Source of the DNA: Rhizobiaceae bacterium
Lineage (GTDB): Bacteria > Pseudomonadota > Alphaproteobacteria > Rhizobiales > Rhizobiaceae
DNA: 64,000 nt
Assembly (NCBI GenBank): GCA_050247155.1
Contig: JBFWUS010000021.1
Coordinates: 3,666 to 67,665, forward strand
Reading direction: 5' to 3'
Shown here: one piece after another, positions 51,571 through 61,212 of the stretch
Position numbering within the stretch: position 1 is the stretch's first letter
How the letters are laid out: each line of letters begins with the position of its first letter
Notes under the pieces: generated by a model
The model's database searches: none
What the model saw: the letters and a program-made list of their open reading frames with translations, nothing else
Told to the model about the DNA's origin: nothing
Program-made: the position numbers and the translations under genes

Positions 51571-53199
51571 CTATTCGCTGACGACCCCGGCCGGCGCGGT
51601 CTCGATCCGGAAGGCTGCTGAAATCAGCGCGCGCGTGTAGTCATCCTGCGGGCTCTCGAAAATCTGCTTGGCCGGCCCGTATTCGACGATCTTGCCGTTG
51701 CGCATCACGATCACGTCATTCGCCAATGCGCGCACGACCTTGAGGTCGTGGCTGATGAACAGATAGGCGAGATTGTGTTTTTCCTGCAGCGAGCGCAGCA
51801 GGTCGACCACCTGCGCCTGCACGCTCATGTCCAGCGCCGAAGTTGGCTCGTCCAGCATGACGAAGCGCGGGTTCAGCACCATGGCGCGCGCAATCGCCAC
51901 GCGCTGTCGTTGCCCGCCGGAAAACTCGTGCGGGTAACGGAAGCGCGTTTCCGGATCGAGCCCGACTTCCCTCAGCACGTCGACCACGCGCCTGTCTCGC
52001 GCGTCGACGGACAGCTTCGGCTCGTGGATGCGCAAGCCCTCTTCGATGATCTCCGACACCGACATGCGCGGGCTGAGCGACCCGAACGGGTCCTGGAAGA
52101 CGATCTGTAACTCCTTGCGCAGCGGCCGCATGCCCTCGAAGGAAAGCTTCGCGATGTCCTTGCCGTTGAAATGGATATCGCCCTGAGACGAAATCATGCG
52201 CGCCAGAGCCAGGCCCAGCGTCGTCTTGCCCGAACCGGATTCACCGACGACGCCCAGCGTCTGCCCCGCCCGCACGGTCACGTCGATGCCGTCGACGGCC
52301 TTCACATGGCCGACGACACGCCGGAAAAAGCCTTCCTTGATCGGAAACCAGACCTTGACGTCGTCGCCTTTCATCACGGTTGGCGCGCTCTCGTCGGCGG
52401 CTGGCGGCTTGCCCTTCGGCTCGGCGGCAAGCAGTTTCTTCGTATAGTCGTGCTGCGGATTGGCGAAGATTTCCTTCGTCGGCCCAGTCTCGACGATCTT
52501 GCCTTTGGTCATCACGCAGACGCGATCGGCGATCTTGCGCACGATGCCGAGATCATGCGTGATGAACAGCATCGACATGCCGTTCTTCTCCTTCAGCCGC
52601 GCCAGCAACTCGAGGATCTGCGCCTGCACGGTGACATCCAGCGCCGTCGTCGGCTCGTCCGCAATCAGAAGCTCCGGCTCGTTGGCCAGCGCCATGGCGA
52701 TCATCACGCGCTGACGCTGCCCGCCGGAAAGCTGGTGCGGATAGGCGTCGAGCCGCTTCTCCGGGTCGCGAATGCCGACTTCCTTGAACAGTTCCAGCGT
52801 CCGCGCCCGCCCTGCCTTGTCACCCATGCCGCGATGCAGTTTGAGGATTTCCATGACCTGCTGCGAGATCGTGTGCAGCGGGTTGAGCGACGTCATCGGC
52901 TCCTGGAAAATCATGGTGATCTTGTTGCCGCGCACCTGCCGCAACTGCTTTTCATTGGCCTTCAGCAAGTCCTGCCCCTCGAACAGGATCTGTCCGCTCG
53001 GATGGCTCGCCGCCGGGTAAGGCAACAATTTCAGCACTGACAGCGCCGACACTGACTTGCCCGAGCCGGATTCGCCGACCAGCGCCACGGTCTCGCCCTG
53101 GCCGATGTCAAAGGAGATGCAGTCGACCGCGGTTGAAACCTTGCCGCCTTGCGCGAAGGCGACGGAGAGATCGCGGACGGAGAGAAGGGGAGAGGTCAA
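51571..53199 (-). CDS. yejF: Peptide ABC transporter dual ATP-binding protein
   Basis: Two ABC cassettes (GESGSGKS ... LSGGQRQR; GESGSGKT ... FSGGQRQR); TTG start overlaps the PIN stop. Confidence 0.88.
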   Translation of the reverse strand: MTSPLLSVRDLSVAFAQGGKVSTAVDCISFDIGQGETVALVGESGSGKSVSALSVLKLLPYPAASHPSGQILFEGQDLLKANEKQLRQVRGNKITMIFQEPMTSLNPLHTISQQVMEILKLHRGMGDKAGRARTLELFKEVGIRDPEKRLDAYPHQLSGGQRQRVMIAMALANEPELLIADEPTTALDVTVQAQILELLARLKEKNGMSMLFITHDLGIVRKIADRVCVMTKGKIVETGPTKEIFANPQHDYTKKLLAAEPKGKPPAADESAPTVMKGDDVKVWFPIKEGFFRRVVGHVKAVDGIDVTVRAGQTLGVVGESGSGKTTLGLALARMISSQGDIHFNGKDIAKLSFEGMRPLRKELQIVFQDPFGSLSPRMSVSEIIEEGLRIHEPKLSVDARDRRVVDVLREVGLDPETRFRYPHEFSGGQRQRVAIARAMVLNPRFVMLDEPTSALDMSVQAQVVDLLRSLQEKHNLAYLFISHDLKVVRALANDVIVMRNGKIVEYGPAKQIFESPQDDYTRALISAAFRIETAPAGVVSE

Positions 53200-53696
53200 G
53201 ATTGGCGCTTTGCGGTCATTGCGGAAAGATTTTCAAGATTGAGGATGAGAATTTCTACTCTGGCCGAGCCGCTTGTCTGACCAAACCGCGTTTGGGATAT
53301 CACGATTTCAGATGGTAGCCGGCGATCGCCCGTTAAGAAATGACTGCACCCAAAGCCAATTCCAGTCGATAGATGAATCGCGTTTGGTAGCTTGATCGAG
53401 GGATAGCGCGCCCTGATTATGGCTGCACACCAAAGAACCTGCCGGTTAACCGGACCAATAATCAGCCAACCTTCTGGTTGAATCCAATTGTCATAAAGCG
53501 AAATTAAGTCGTCATTCATCATCCGTTGGGGAACAACAAGCAGTTCTGCTAAACTGAGTTCGCTCGCGAATAGAAATTCTTCGCCTGGCATTATGGTGCC
53601 AACCAGATCCAGAATCGCGCGTGAAATCTGGTCTGTGCCTTCTCCCAAGCTTATCAATACGTTGGTGTCGACATAGAGGCGTGAGATGTCGACCAT
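53196..53696 (-). CDS. PIN-domain (VapC-like) toxin
   Basis: LYVDTNVL, SELSLAEL, LPNAIHL, FLTGDRRL. Confidence 0.8.
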   Translation of the reverse strand: MVDISRLYVDTNVLISLGEGTDQISRAILDLVGTIMPGEEFLFASELSLAELLVVPQRMMNDDLISLYDNWIQPEGWLIIGPVNRQVLWCAAIIRARYPSIKLPNAIHLSTGIGFGCSHFLTGDRRLPSEIVISQTRFGQTSGSARVEILILNLENLSAMTAKRQS

Positions 53697-53929
53697 CAAT
53701 TGTCCCATTCATCGCGCAAGTCCCGGACTCGTTGCACGGCCTCTTCTACCGTGACATTGCGCGGCAATTTTGAGCGGACCTGCTCAAGCTGTTTTCGAAT
53801 TTCCGAAAAAGAGGGTCTCTGGATTTCCTCTTCGATAGTGACGCGAACCTTGGCGTCGCCGGGGATACCCTCCCTCATGTCATTGGGGAGATCAGAAGCC
53901 GGATAATGTTCCAGAACGATCTTGTTCAT
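53696..53929 (-). CDS. VapB-like antitoxin (alternative in-frame ATG at 53980)
   Basis: 77-aa ORF whose TGA overlaps the PIN ATG (TGATG); acidic C-terminus RVRDLRDEWDN. Confidence 0.7.
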   Translation of the reverse strand: MNKIVLEHYPASDLPNDMREGIPGDAKVRVTIEEEIQRPSFSEIRKQLEQVRSKLPRNVTVEEAVQRVRDLRDEWDN

Positions 53930-53983
53930 GTACTTTATTCCTCGATACTCGACCCTTCCGTCGACGATACACTTCAACATGAC

Positions 53984-55117
53984 TCATTTAAACGTCTTCC
54001 GTGGATCGAACGCATCGCGCGTTGCCTCGCCGATGAAGATCAGCAGCGACAGCATCACCGACATCACGACGAATCCTGAAAGCCCCAGCCACGGCGCCTG
54101 CAGATTGCGCTGGCCCTGCTTCAGCAGTTCGCCGAGTGATGCTGATCCAGGCGGCAGGCCGAAACCGAGATAGTCGAGCGAGGTGAGCGTGGTGATCGAC
54201 GAATTCAGGATGAACGGCAGGAAGGTCAGCGTCGCCACCATGGCGTTGGGCAGGAGATGCCGGAAGATGATCGTGCGGTTGGGCACGCCGAGCGCGCGCG
54301 CCGCGTTCACATATTCGAAGTTGCGCGCCCGCAGGAATTCGGCGCGCACCACGCCGACGAACGCCACCCAGGAGAAAAGCAGCATCAACCCGAGCAGGAT
54401 GAAGAAACCCGGCGGCAGGATCGCCGCGACGATCATCAGCAGGTAAAGCACGGGGATCGCTGTCCAGATCTCGATGAAGCGCTGAAACAGAAGGTCGGTC
54501 CAGCCGCCGAAATAGCCCTGGATCGCGCCCGCCGCCACGCCGATCACAGCCGAACCCAGCGTCAGGATCAATCCAAACAGCACCGAGATACGAAAACCGT
54601 AGATCACCCGCGCCAGCACATCGCGTGTCTGGTCGTCGGTGCCGAGCCAATTCCAGTTGCCAACCGTACAATTGACGTCACCAGCGCCCTGCGGGTAGCG
54701 CGCACAGCGCGTTTCCTTGTCGTACATCCACGAGGGTTTGGCCGGCGCGGCCTCGGGGATCTCATTGTTGTTGGTGCGGTAGGAATAGCGGATCGGCGGC
54801 CAGATCATCCACCCATTGGCCTTGATCTCGTCCTGGATCACCGGGTCTCGATAGTCGGTCACCGCGAGGAAACCGCCGAATTTCTCCTCCGGATAATCGA
54901 CCATCACCGGGAACAGCAACTCGCCCTTGTATGAGGCGATCACCGGCTTGTCGTTGGCGATAAATTCGGCGAACAGCGACAGCACGAACAGCACAAGGAA
55001 GATCCAGAGCGACCAGTAGCCGCGTCGGTTTGCTTTGAAGTTGGCCCAGCGCCGCTGGTTGAGCGGCGAGAGTTTTGGCCGCTTGGCTGTGGGCGTGATT
55101 GCTTCTGCGATGGCCAT
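53984..55117 (-). CDS. yejE: Peptide ABC transporter permease
   Basis: LSPLNQRRWANFKANRRG, WLGTDDQTRDV, RARNFEYV, DAFDPRK. Confidence 0.9.
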   Translation of the reverse strand: MAIAEAITPTAKRPKLSPLNQRRWANFKANRRGYWSLWIFLVLFVLSLFAEFIANDKPVIASYKGELLFPVMVDYPEEKFGGFLAVTDYRDPVIQDEIKANGWMIWPPIRYSYRTNNNEIPEAAPAKPSWMYDKETRCARYPQGAGDVNCTVGNWNWLGTDDQTRDVLARVIYGFRISVLFGLILTLGSAVIGVAAGAIQGYFGGWTDLLFQRFIEIWTAIPVLYLLMIVAAILPPGFFILLGLMLLFSWVAFVGVVRAEFLRARNFEYVNAARALGVPNRTIIFRHLLPNAMVATLTFLPFILNSSITTLTSLDYLGFGLPPGSASLGELLKQGQRNLQAPWLGLSGFVVMSVMLSLLIFIGEATRDAFDPRKTFK

Positions 55118-55121
55118 TGTT

Positions 55122-55215
55122 ACCCCCACCCCTTACCCCTCCCCTCAAGGGGGAGGGGGATTTTGAGACGCTGACGCCCCCCTCCCCCTTGAGGGGAGGG
55201 GTAAGGGGTGGGGGT
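55122..55215. repeat. G/C-run intergenic palindrome with a perfect 38-bp inverted repeat
   Basis: ACCCCCACCCCTTACCCCTCCCCTCAAGGGGGAGGGGG at 55122-55159 and its exact reverse complement at 55178-55215. Confidence 0.9.
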
Positions 55216-55280
55216 GGTTGACGGCATGTCAGACCGACTTGCTGGCAATTTTCTGTATGCAGATATCGAAGGACGCACCA

Positions 55281-56372
55281 TCAGACGTCCCTCTTCTCGA
55301 AATCGATGCGTGGGTCGATCCACGTATAGGTCAGGTCCGAGATCAGACTGACCACCAACCCCAGCAGCGAGAAGATGTAGAGCGTGGCAAACACCACTGG
55401 ATAATCTCGGTCGAGCACCGAGCGCCAGCCGAGCAGGCCTAGCCCGTCCAACGAAAAGATGTTCTCGATCAGCAGCGAACCTGAGAAGAAGGCCGCGATG
55501 AAAGCGCCGGGAAAGCCGGCGATCACGATCAGCATCGCGTTGCGGAACACATGGCCATAGAGGATCTTTCGTTCCGACAGACCCTTGGCGCGGGCCGTCA
55601 CGACATACTGCTTCTTGATCTCATCGAGGAACGAGTTCTTGGTCAAAAGCGTCGTCGTTGCGAAAGCCGACAGCACCATTGCCGTCAGCGGCAAGGTTAT
55701 GTGCCAGAGATAGTCGAGAATGCGCGCCGGCCAGGAGAGCTGCTCCCAATTGTCCGACGTCAGCCCGCGTAGCGGGAACCAGTCGAAGAACGAGCCGCCG
55801 GCAAACAACACCATCAGCATGATGCCGAACAGGAAACCGGGAATGGCATAGGCGACGATCACCACGCCGCTGGTCCACACGTCGAAGGATGAGCCGTCCT
55901 TCACCGCCTTGCGGATGCCGAGTGGGATCGAGATCAGGTAGGAGATCAGCGTGATCCACAGTCCGATGGTGATCGACACCGGCATTTTTTCAAGGATCAG
56001 CTCCAGTACCGAGATATCGCGAAAATAGCTGTCGCCAAAATCGAAGCGGGCATAATTCCACAGCATCAGGCCGAACCGCTCGAGCGGCGGCTTATCGAAG
56101 CCGAATTGCACTTCCAGCTTCTTGATGAATTCCGGGTCGAGCCCCTGCGAACCACGATATTTATAGCTCTCCGCGCCGGCGTCCATGCCCGCGCCGGCAT
56201 CGCCGCCGCCTCCACCGGAAATCGCATCGCCGCCCTGCTGACCGGTGATGCGCGCGATCACCTGTTCCACCGGCCCGCCCGGCGCGAACTGGATCACCAG
56301 GAACGATACGGCCATGATGCCGAACAGCGTCGGGATCATCAGCAGGATGCGGCGCAGGATATAGCTGGCCAT
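55281..56372 (-). CDS. yejB: Peptide ABC transporter permease
   Basis: [39 protein letters not shown]. Confidence 0.9.
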   Translation of the reverse strand: MASYILRRILLMIPTLFGIMAVSFLVIQFAPGGPVEQVIARITGQQGGDAISGGGGGDAGAGMDAGAESYKYRGSQGLDPEFIKKLEVQFGFDKPPLERFGLMLWNYARFDFGDSYFRDISVLELILEKMPVSITIGLWITLISYLISIPLGIRKAVKDGSSFDVWTSGVVIVAYAIPGFLFGIMLMVLFAGGSFFDWFPLRGLTSDNWEQLSWPARILDYLWHITLPLTAMVLSAFATTTLLTKNSFLDEIKKQYVVTARAKGLSERKILYGHVFRNAMLIVIAGFPGAFIAAFFSGSLLIENIFSLDGLGLLGWRSVLDRDYPVVFATLYIFSLLGLVVSLISDLTYTWIDPRIDFEKRDV

Positions 56373-56374
56373 TA

Positions 56375-56553
56375 GCGCCCCTTACCCTCCCCCTTGTGGG
56401 GAGGGTCGATCCTGAGCTTGCGAAGGATCGGGGTGGGGGTGGTTATAGTTTTGAGGGGCGAAAGGTTTTCTTTACCCCCACCCCGTCTCGCGATCACTTG
56501 CGTCGCAAGATGATCGCTCGCCGACCCTCCCCACAAGGGGGAGGGTGGGGCGC
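56375..56553. repeat. Rhizobial intergenic palindromic repeat (CCCTCCCC-TTGT-GGGGAGGG family)
   Basis: Perfect 25-bp inverted repeat 56384-56408 / 56522-56546, GCGCCCC/GGGGCGC ends, inner GGGGTGGGGGT/ACCCCCACCCC pair. Confidence 0.88.
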
Positions 56554-56561
56554 TGTCCACC

Positions 56562-58442
56562 TCAGCCCTTCCCAATCTTCTTCGCCTTTGCCTCGTCAAA
56601 CCACCACATCGCCTCCACCGGAAAGCCATAATCCGGTTTCGGCTCCTTGAAGCCGAACATGTCCCAGAACGCCGCCCGATGATTCGGCAGATAATACGTT
56701 GGAATCCAGTCTTGGCGTGCGCGCAAGACCCGGTCGAGTGCGCGGATGGCGGTTACGAGCTCGTCGCGCGTCTTGGCCTTGCCTGCGGCGGCGATCAGCG
56801 CGTCGATGGCGGGGCTTTCCGTGCCTGGGAAATTGCGTGTGCCAGGCCGCTTGGCGGCGCGTGAATGATAGAGCGTTTCCAATGAATCCGCCGTTGGCGT
56901 GCCGCCGATACTCACCGCGAACCAGTTGGCGTCAAAATCGAAGGCTTGCTGCCGCTGTTCGTACTGGGTTGCATCGACCAGCCTCACCGAAGCGTCGACG
57001 CCGATCTGCCGCAGGCTCTCGACCCATGGCGTGAAAACGCGTACCGCGCCTTCGTCATCCGCCAGCACTTCGCAAACCAGCTTTTCCCCTTTGTCGTTGA
57101 CGGCTGAACCGCCTTGCCGTTTCCATCCGGCCTGTGTGAGCAGCTTTGCGGCTTCCGAAAGGTTCTTGCGATTATTGCCGCTCACTTCGCCGGGCGGTAC
57201 CGTTACCGGTTCTCCAAAAACCTCCGGTGGCAGATCGTTGCGCAAGGGCTCCAGCAGGGTCAGCTCTTGCGGCGAAGGAAGGCCTTCCGCCTTGAACTCT
57301 GAGGCCTCGAAGGTGGATTGCGAGCGGGCATAGGAGCCAAAGAACAGGTTCTGCTTCATCCACTCGAAATTGAAGCACAGCGCGAAGGCCCGCCGCACGC
57401 GGCCATCCCTAAACTGAGGCCTGCGCTGGTTGAGCGCGATGCACTGGAATTGCGGGATCAACTCCTCTGGAAACTCCCGCTTGACCACCTTGCCGTCTTT
57501 CAGCGCCGGAAAATCATAGGCGGTAGCCCACACCCGCGAGGTGAATTCCTGCCGGAAATGGATTTCGCCCTTCTTGAACGCTTCAAAGCCGGCTTGCCGT
57601 TCCTGATAAGTGTCGACGCGGATCACGTCGAAATTGTAGAGGCCTTTGTTGACCGGCAAGTCGACGCCCCAATAGCCAGGCACGCGCTCATATTCGATCC
57701 ATTGACCGGCGGCCATTTTGCCGAATTTATAGGGACCCGATGCCAGCGGAGGCGTCAGAGAAGATGCTTCAAAGTCGTTAGCCGTATAGTAGGCCTTCGG
57801 AAGTACCGGCATCGAGACCACGGTCAACACCAGCATTTCGGCCTGTTTGCCGGTGAAGGTCAGGCGCAAGGTACGCGGGTCGGTTGCGACCGCTTCCTTC
57901 AATTCGGCAAGCGGCAGGGCAAAGTCCGGATATCCCTTTTCCTTGAGAAGGTTATAGCTGAAAGCGGCATCCTCGGCCGTCAGCGGCGTACCGTCGTGCC
58001 AACGTGCTTCCGGACGAATGGAAAATTCGAAGATGTTGCGGTCGTCCGAAATCGTCACGGCGTCGGCAAGCAGGCCGTAGCAGGCATCAGGCTCGTCCAG
58101 GGAGCGCGTCATCAAAGAATCGAAACACATCTCAGTGCGCGGCGGCGCTTCGCCTTTCAGCACGAAAGCGTTGAGCGTGTTGAAGGTCAGCGGACTCTGG
58201 TTATACAGCCAGTTCGGAACGGAAAAATTCATCCGCCCGCCCTTCGGCGCGTCCGGGTTTACCCAGTCGAAATGCTTGAAATCGGCGGGATATTTCAGCT
58301 CTCCGAAGGCGGACAGGCCGTGCACCTTCTGGCCAGACGGCGTTGCCGCGAAAAGCTTTCGGGGCAACGCTGGCGCTGCCGCTGCCGCGCCAAGGCCGGC
58401 AAGGAAAGAGCGGCGGCCGATCCAGTGTGCGCGTCGCATCAT
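56562..58442 (-). CDS. yejA: Peptide ABC substrate-binding protein, YejA-type, Tat signal
   Basis: IGRRSFL Tat motif, HGLSAFGELKYP, NPDAPKGG, SGPYK, NQRRPQF. Confidence 0.88.
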   Translation of the reverse strand: MMRRAHWIGRRSFLAGLGAAAAAPALPRKLFAATPSGQKVHGLSAFGELKYPADFKHFDWVNPDAPKGGRMNFSVPNWLYNQSPLTFNTLNAFVLKGEAPPRTEMCFDSLMTRSLDEPDACYGLLADAVTISDDRNIFEFSIRPEARWHDGTPLTAEDAAFSYNLLKEKGYPDFALPLAELKEAVATDPRTLRLTFTGKQAEMLVLTVVSMPVLPKAYYTANDFEASSLTPPLASGPYKFGKMAAGQWIEYERVPGYWGVDLPVNKGLYNFDVIRVDTYQERQAGFEAFKKGEIHFRQEFTSRVWATAYDFPALKDGKVVKREFPEELIPQFQCIALNQRRPQFRDGRVRRAFALCFNFEWMKQNLFFGSYARSQSTFEASEFKAEGLPSPQELTLLEPLRNDLPPEVFGEPVTVPPGEVSGNNRKNLSEAAKLLTQAGWKRQGGSAVNDKGEKLVCEVLADDEGAVRVFTPWVESLRQIGVDASVRLVDATQYEQRQQAFDFDANWFAVSIGGTPTADSLETLYHSRAAKRPGTRNFPGTESPAIDALIAAAGKAKTRDELVTAIRALDRVLRARQDWIPTYYLPNHRAAFWDMFGFKEPKPDYGFPVEAMWWFDEAKAKKIGKG

Positions 58443-58461
58443 GAAATCCTCCCGGTAGAAA

Positions 58462-60351
58462 TCAATTCCCGCTTTTGTATTTGGCGGCCAGCGCCTTTTC
58501 CTTCTCGGCGTCGATCCACCAGGATTCTATGTCCGGGCCGATATAGGTCGGCTGGTTGTCCGGAATGCCGAACTTGTTCCAGTAGGCATACCAGTCCACA
58601 TCCCGCGTGAACTGCGGGATCGTGTAAAAATTCCAGAGCAGGACACGGTCCAGCGCATTGGTGGCCGCGACTAGGTCTTCGCGGTCGGTGGCGAACACGA
58701 CGCGCTCCACCAAAGCATCGACCACGGGGCTCTTGATGCCGGCATAGTTGCGGAAGCCAGGAGTGTCAGCCGCCTTGGACGACCAGAACTCGCGCTGCTC
58801 GTTTCCTGGCGACTCGGATTGCGCCAGGCCGGCGACGATCATGTCGAAATCGTAGTCGTTGATGCGATTGACGTATTGGGCGGGATCGACCACCCGCATG
58901 CGAGCCGTTACGCCGATCTTGCGCAAGGTGTTTGTATAGGAGTTGACCGTCGTCTCCATCGCATCGCTGTTGGAGAGGATCTCGAATTCGAACGGCTGGC
59001 CGGTCTTGTCGTTGGTCATCTTGCCGTCCTTGACGTGCCAGCCGGCCTCGCCGAAGAGCCTGATCGCCTCGCGCAAATTGGCTCGCTCATCCTGGGGCGT
59101 CGCGTAAACCGGCAGCTTGAATTCGTCGGTGAACAGCTCGGGTGGGAGTTGGTCCTTGAAGGGCGTCAGCAGTTCAAGTTCCTTGCCCTTGGGCACGCCC
59201 GAGGAAGCCAGTTCGCTGCCGGTGAAATAGCTGGTCACCCGCTTGTTCAAGCCGAACGAGATGGTGCGGTTCAACGTGTCGAAATCATAGGCAAAGGTCA
59301 GCGCGCGGCGCACATTGCGATCGGCGAACAGCGGGCGGCGATTGTTCGGAATGTAACCCTGGTAATTGGCGCCGCCCGTCGCCTTGAACTCTCTTTTGAT
59401 CACGTCGCCGGCATCGAGCGCCGGGAACTTGTATTTCGTCATCCAGTCGCGGGCGCTTCTCTCGGGGTTGATGTCCTCGAGCCCGCCCTTGGTGAAAGCC
59501 TGCCACGCTGCCGTTTCATCGCGGATATAGATGTATTTGCGCGTGTCGAAGTTCTCGCGGCCGATCTTCACCGGCAATGATTGGCCCCAATAATCCTTGA
59601 CGCGCGTCCAGATGATTTCCTGCCCCGGCTTGATGCTCTCGATCTTGTACGGGCCGGAGCCCAGCGGAATTTCGAGCGTCGGCTTCGTGATGTCGCGCTT
59701 CTGGCCTTTCGCGTCGGTGCCTTCCCACCAATGCTTGGGCAATACAACAAGGTCGCCAAGGATCTTGGGCAGTTCGCGGTTGCCTTTCTGGTCGAAACGG
59801 AACTCGACTTCGCGGTCATTCAGCGCGACGGCTTCCTTCACGTTCTCGAAGTAGCGATTGTAGTAGGGGCTGTGTTCCTTGAGCACCTGGAACGACCAGA
59901 TCACGTCGTCGACGGTCATCGGCTGGCCGTCATGCCATCTGGCGCGCGGATCAAGACGGTAAGTCGCCGACGAAAAGTCGGGCGGATATTTGTAGGCGTC
60001 GGCGGCAAGCGCGTGGCTGACGCTCGCCTCGTCCGTCGAGGTCTCCATCAGCGTATCGTAGAGGAGTCCGCCACGAAGCGGCACAAGTCCGGCTGCCGGC
60101 GTGCCGCGCACGATGTAGGGGTTCAAGCTGTCGAACGTGCCTGTCGCGATCGAATTAAGCGTACCGCCCTTCGGCGCGTCGGGATTGACGTAATCGTACT
60201 TTTGAAAAGTCTGGCCGTACTTCGATTCACCCATCAAAGAGCTGGTCGATTGCCAGTCCTGCGCCACCGCGCCCAAGGTTCCCACCGCCAACAATGCCGC
60301 GCCAACAGCCATGTGGCGAAACAGACGAACCCCGGTCGATTTGAGCAGCAT
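58462..60351 (-). CDS. yejA: Peptide ABC substrate-binding protein, YejA-type, second paralogue
   Basis: Signal peptide, YVNPDAPKGG, LGSGPYKI, QSESPGNEQREFWSS, WYAYWNKF. Confidence 0.88.
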   Translation of the reverse strand: MLLKSTGVRLFRHMAVGAALLAVGTLGAVAQDWQSTSSLMGESKYGQTFQKYDYVNPDAPKGGTLNSIATGTFDSLNPYIVRGTPAAGLVPLRGGLLYDTLMETSTDEASVSHALAADAYKYPPDFSSATYRLDPRARWHDGQPMTVDDVIWSFQVLKEHSPYYNRYFENVKEAVALNDREVEFRFDQKGNRELPKILGDLVVLPKHWWEGTDAKGQKRDITKPTLEIPLGSGPYKIESIKPGQEIIWTRVKDYWGQSLPVKIGRENFDTRKYIYIRDETAAWQAFTKGGLEDINPERSARDWMTKYKFPALDAGDVIKREFKATGGANYQGYIPNNRRPLFADRNVRRALTFAYDFDTLNRTISFGLNKRVTSYFTGSELASSGVPKGKELELLTPFKDQLPPELFTDEFKLPVYATPQDERANLREAIRLFGEAGWHVKDGKMTNDKTGQPFEFEILSNSDAMETTVNSYTNTLRKIGVTARMRVVDPAQYVNRINDYDFDMIVAGLAQSESPGNEQREFWSSKAADTPGFRNYAGIKSPVVDALVERVVFATDREDLVAATNALDRVLLWNFYTIPQFTRDVDWYAYWNKFGIPDNQPTYIGPDIESWWIDAEKEKALAAKYKSGN

Positions 60352-60454
60352 CAGGTCTTGGCGTCCTTCCAAATTGGCGCAGATTGTGAGCCTAGCAGGT
60401 CGGCCGATCAATCGCGATCACGCTATCATCACGCTTGAGATACGCCATGAAAAT

Positions 60455-60485
60455 GGAAAAAGCCGGGTTTGACCCGGCTTTTTCC
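60455..60485. terminator. Bidirectional intrinsic terminator downstream of cycM
   Basis: GGAAAAAGCCGGG-TTTGA-CCCGGCTTTTTCC. Confidence 0.75.
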
Positions 60486-60513
60486 AAATTTTCGATGGAT
60501 AGGCCCAAACCGG

Positions 60514-61212
60514 TCAGTGTGGCGCCGGGGCTGCGCCTTCGGCGGGCTTTTCCGCGGGCGCCGCACCTTCCGCCGGCTTATCGGCAGGCGCTGCACCCTC
60601 AGCTGGCTTTTCCGCCGGTGCGGCAGCGCCTTCCGCCGGCGCGGAGGCATTCGCGGGCGCGGCGCCTGCCGCCGGCAATGGCGCCGGCGTATCGGCAAGC
60701 GTGCGCAGATAGGCGATCAGGTCGGCGCGATCTTGAGTCTTCTTGATGCCCGCAAAGCCCATCGCGGTACCCTTCACGAGGCCTTTTGGCGAGGCCAGGA
60801 ACTTGTCCAGATGCTCATAATCCCACTTCACCGAACCGCCCTGCGAGAAATCCTTCATCGCGGCGGAGTATGAGAAGCCCTCATGCGATGCGATCGGTCG
60901 GTCGACGAGGCCGAACAGGTTCGGCCCGGTCTTGTTGGCGCCGCCCTTCTCGACGGTATGGCAGGCCGAGCACTTCTTCTCCTGCGCCTGACCGTTCTCG
61001 ATATTGGCGCTGGCGAGCAGCGGAATGATAGATTCCTCGGCAGGCGCGCCCGCCTCGCCGCCGCCTTCTTCCTCGGCCGCCTCGATGGCGTAACCGGGTT
61101 TTTCCGGCACCGGCGCGGCAAAAATGGAATCTGAAACGATGCTCAGCGAAAACACCACGAAGCAGGTGGCCAGAAAGCCGCCGATCAGCTTGTTGATTTC
61201 AAATGAATCCAT
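60514..61212 (-). CDS. cycM: Membrane-anchored cytochrome c (CycM type)
   Basis: [10 protein letters not shown] anchor, CSACH heme motif, GTAMGFAG distal Met, Ala/Pro/Glu tail. Confidence 0.9.
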   Translation of the reverse strand: MDSFEINKLIGGFLATCFVVFSLSIVSDSIFAAPVPEKPGYAIEAAEEEGGGEAGAPAEESIIPLLASANIENGQAQEKKCSACHTVEKGGANKTGPNLFGLVDRPIASHEGFSYSAAMKDFSQGGSVKWDYEHLDKFLASPKGLVKGTAMGFAGIKKTQDRADLIAYLRTLADTPAPLPAAGAAPANASAPAEGAAAPAEKPAEGAAPADKPAEGAAPAEKPAEGAAPAPH

